Shown here piece after piece: positions 61,766-64,000 of a stretch of DNA of 64,000 nucleotides; within the stretch, counting starts at the first letter, position 1, and every line of letters starts with the position of its first letter. Under the pieces are notes generated by a model. It was not told the origin of the DNA, searched no databases, and saw nothing but the letters and a program-made list of their open reading frames with translations. The translations under genes and the position numbers were made by a program. This stretch comes from a virus (lineage: Duplodnaviria > Caudoviricetes), in IMG/VR virus record IMGVR_UViG_3300044825_000714, positions 507 through 64,506 of that record; one strand, given 5' to 3'.

Positions 61766-62850
61766 TGTTTGGCTTCTACGCGTTCTCTACTACCGCCTTC
61801 TCAGCGCTGGCGGGGAACGTGTTCACGGCTGCGGTTATTGAGTCCGCAACGGCAACGGATACCAACGTCGCCCAGATTTCTGTACCGGCTTCTGTCTCAG
61901 AGCTTGCTTCGGGGGTGGACGCCGTTGCGGCACGTATCACTTTTGGTACGGCAGTTTCGGAGTCTGCTACGGGCAGCGACGCGGTTGCATCTCTGGCGAC
62001 GTTTGGTGGTGTGATCGCTGAGTCCGCTACGGGCAGCGAGACCGTGGCTGCTGCGGCGACGTTTGTGAGCGCGGTGAATGAGATTGCGACGGGTACGGAT
62101 ACGGTTTCTTCTGTCCCGAACTACGCGGTGAGCGTAGCGGAGTCTGCTGCGGGTACAGATACTGTTCTGGCTGGCGCGGTGCTTACTTCAGCAATTGCTG
62201 AAACCGCCGAGGGCACGGACTTCACTTTTACCCAGCATGCCGTGTTTGGTGTGGTGGACGAAGGAGCAACGGGTACCGACACAGTTTCTGCCGCTGTGAC
62301 TTTCCCGGCGCGTGTGGCGGAGTCTGCTCAAGGCAGCGAAACAAATTCTGCGGCTGTAAACTTTGCGGTTAGTTTTGTAGCAGGTGTGACGGCGCAGGAT
62401 ACGGTTGCTTCGCTGCCCACCTACTCTGCCCAGATTGCTGAGACAGCTACCGGGTCGGATGCGACGATTCCGAGCCTTGTCTATTTTGGCTTTGTGGAAG
62501 AGACTGTGACAAGTACGGACACTGCCGCATCCCAAGTGGCATACGGGGCTTTAGTGGCTGAGGCGGCTACGGGCAGCGAGACCATGGTGGCTGCGGCCAC
62601 CTTCCCGGCGTTTGTAGATGAGAGCGCCCAAGCGGCGGAAGCTTTTGCTGTGATCGCGGCGTTTGCTGCCCTGATCCGAGAAAACGTAAACGCGGCGGAC
62701 CAGATTATGGCCCGCCTGAAGTGGGAACTGATTGCGGACGCGCAGTCTGCTGGGTGGACCGTTATTGATGACACGGGGCCTTCCTCGTGGCAAAATGTTT
62801 CAACTTCGGCTGACGCTGGCTGGCGCAACATCGACACGAAGGAGCCTTAA
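61765..62850 (+). CDS. Repeat-rich tail protein
   Basis: Tandem ~19-aa repeats V.E.ATG.[DE].V.A; Trp-spaced C-terminus. Confidence 0.7.
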   Translation: MFGFYAFSTTAFSALAGNVFTAAVIESATATDTNVAQISVPASVSELASGVDAVAARITFGTAVSESATGSDAVASLATFGGVIAESATGSETVAAAATFVSAVNEIATGTDTVSSVPNYAVSVAESAAGTDTVLAGAVLTSAIAETAEGTDFTFTQHAVFGVVDEGATGTDTVSAAVTFPARVAESAQGSETNSAAVNFAVSFVAGVTAQDTVASLPTYSAQIAETATGSDATIPSLVYFGFVEETVTSTDTAASQVAYGALVAEAATGSETMVAAATFPAFVDESAQAAEAFAVIAAFAALIRENVNAADQIMARLKWELIADAQSAGWTVIDDTGPSSWQNVSTSADAGWRNIDTKEP

Positions 62851-63441
62851 ATGCCATCCGCATATACCTCGCTGCTCGGGTTCGTGCAGCCCGTCACCGG
62901 GGAGTTAAACAACACCTGGGGCAACGCGGTTAACAACCAACTCACGCAGTTGGTTGAAGATTCTATTGCTGCTACGTCTACCGCCAGCGTGACCGCTGGT
63001 GACTGGACCCTGTCCACCACCGCTGGTGGTGCGCAAAACGAAGCACGCACGGCCATTCTGATTGCTACCGGCACGCCCGGTACGGCTCGGGTGGTCTACG
63101 CGCCCAAGTCCAGCAAGACCTATGTGGTCATCAACAACAGCGACAGCGTCCTGACGCTCAAAGGCGGCCCGGCTTCCCCCACGACGGGTATTGCGCTGCC
63201 TGCTGGTGGCTCGGTGTTGGCTGCGTGGGACAGCAATGTGGGCGACTTCGTAAAGGTCGCCGGAGGTGGCGGTGGCGCTACGGGTGGCGGTGCCAACCAA
63301 GTGTTTTTTGAGAACGACCAGACGGTGACCAACGACTACACCATCCCCGGCAACAAGAATGCCGGTACGTTTGGCCCGATTACTGTTGACAGCGGCATCA
63401 CGGTCACGGTCTCGTCCGGCGCTGTGTGGACTGTGGTTTAA
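62851..63441 (+). CDS. Tail fibre anchor protein
   Basis: TGE...TWG...N N-terminus; GGGATGGG..QVFFEN and WTVV C-terminus. Confidence 0.7.
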   Translation: MPSAYTSLLGFVQPVTGELNNTWGNAVNNQLTQLVEDSIAATSTASVTAGDWTLSTTAGGAQNEARTAILIATGTPGTARVVYAPKSSKTYVVINNSDSVLTLKGGPASPTTGIALPAGGSVLAAWDSNVGDFVKVAGGGGGATGGGANQVFFENDQTVTNDYTIPGNKNAGTFGPITVDSGITVTVSSGAVWTVV

Positions 63442-63452
63442 GGAGTAGAGAT

Positions 63453-64000
63453 ATGCCCATCACAATTTCTGGAACGACTGGTATTGCTGGAGTTGATGGC
63501 TCCGCAGGTACCCCTGCTGTGCAGGGTGGCGACTCTAACACCGGCATCTTCTTCCCCGCTGCGGACACGATTGCGTTTGCTGAAGGCGGCGCGGAGGTGG
63601 CGCGGTTTGATAGCTCGGGGAATCTGGGCATCGGGACGAGTTCGCCTAGCGACAGACTTACAGTAATTAGTGCTGGTACTCAGGTTGGCTCTACAAATTT
63701 CAGGCGTATTTCACGCATAGGTCTTGCTACGACTGATGCCAGTGTCTTAATTGGATACGATATTTCGGCAGGCTCGGGAATACTAGCGTCCACAAATGAC
63801 TTCCCTCTTGCATTTTGGACATCTAGTTCTGGAACTTATGCCGAACGCGCCCGCATCGACACCAGCGGGAATCTGTTGGTGGGGACGACGACCTCTTTTG
63901 CAAAATTTTCTATGGTCGGTGTTGGGGGTAACAACCAAAATACTTTGTACGGCGGTGGGTGGGGTAGCGGCGTTGGCGCATTCGCGCAATTGACGGCTGT
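63453..64000 (+). CDS. Tail fibre protein (runs off window end)
   Basis: AAGGAG RBS; NTGIFFPAADTIAF, RFDSSGNLGIGT and ERARIDTSGNLLVGT repeats; no stop before 64000. Confidence 0.8.
   Translation, partial: MPITISGTTGIAGVDGSAGTPAVQGGDSNTGIFFPAADTIAFAEGGAEVARFDSSGNLGIGTSSPSDRLTVISAGTQVGSTNFRRISRIGLATTDASVLIGYDISAGSGILASTNDFPLAFWTSSSGTYAERARIDTSGNLLVGTTTSFAKFSMVGVGGNNQNTLYGGGWGSGVGAFAQLTA

Noticed and set aside
63576-63590. FAEGG in the terminal fibre gene as a member of the GG-motif family
   Set aside because: Part of the standard fibre repeat (IAF..GG.E..R), not a disordered linker

Overview
The window is most of the genome of a dsDNA tailed phage (Caudoviricetes) with a podovirus-like virion plan: no tape measure or sheath, and three large ejection-type proteins. 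Both ends of the window fall in the tail-fibre module, so the genome is probably circularly permuted and somewhat longer than 64 kb. Plus strand 44.5-64 kb then 0-19 kb is the late arm: TerS, TerL, portal, GroES-like protein, scaffold, major capsid protein, a GIY-YIG homing endonuclease, a block of small basic proteins, neck/tail and fibre genes, holins, GH19 endolysin, tail nozzle, ejection proteins and a GNAT. Minus strand 44.3-19 kb is the early/replication arm: promoter-terminator cassettes, MoxR AAA plus VWA, many small ORFs, PolA, Cas4-like exonuclease, SNF2 helicase, SSB-like protein and primase-helicase. No integrase, RNA polymerase, tRNA or CRISPR array is visible. Strongest unexplained signals: (1) unrelated small late proteins share a C-terminal tag, KGGMTASKRADGIAQRGKTRG, conserved at protein level only, and a [MFY]xxGG motif also present in the ejection proteins, suggesting a capsid cargo-loading or processing system; (2) a structured leader RNA has a loop complementary to the GGAGAAAGC ribosome-binding site shared by early genes; (3) eight copies of an 18-bp palindrome plus a 15-bp box delimit early gene cassettes beside a TGGAA-iteron/IHF-site region; (4) a nested overprinted gene lies in the giant ejection protein; (5) two further compact structured RNAs. 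Family names are from motif recognition by eye; no database search was run.
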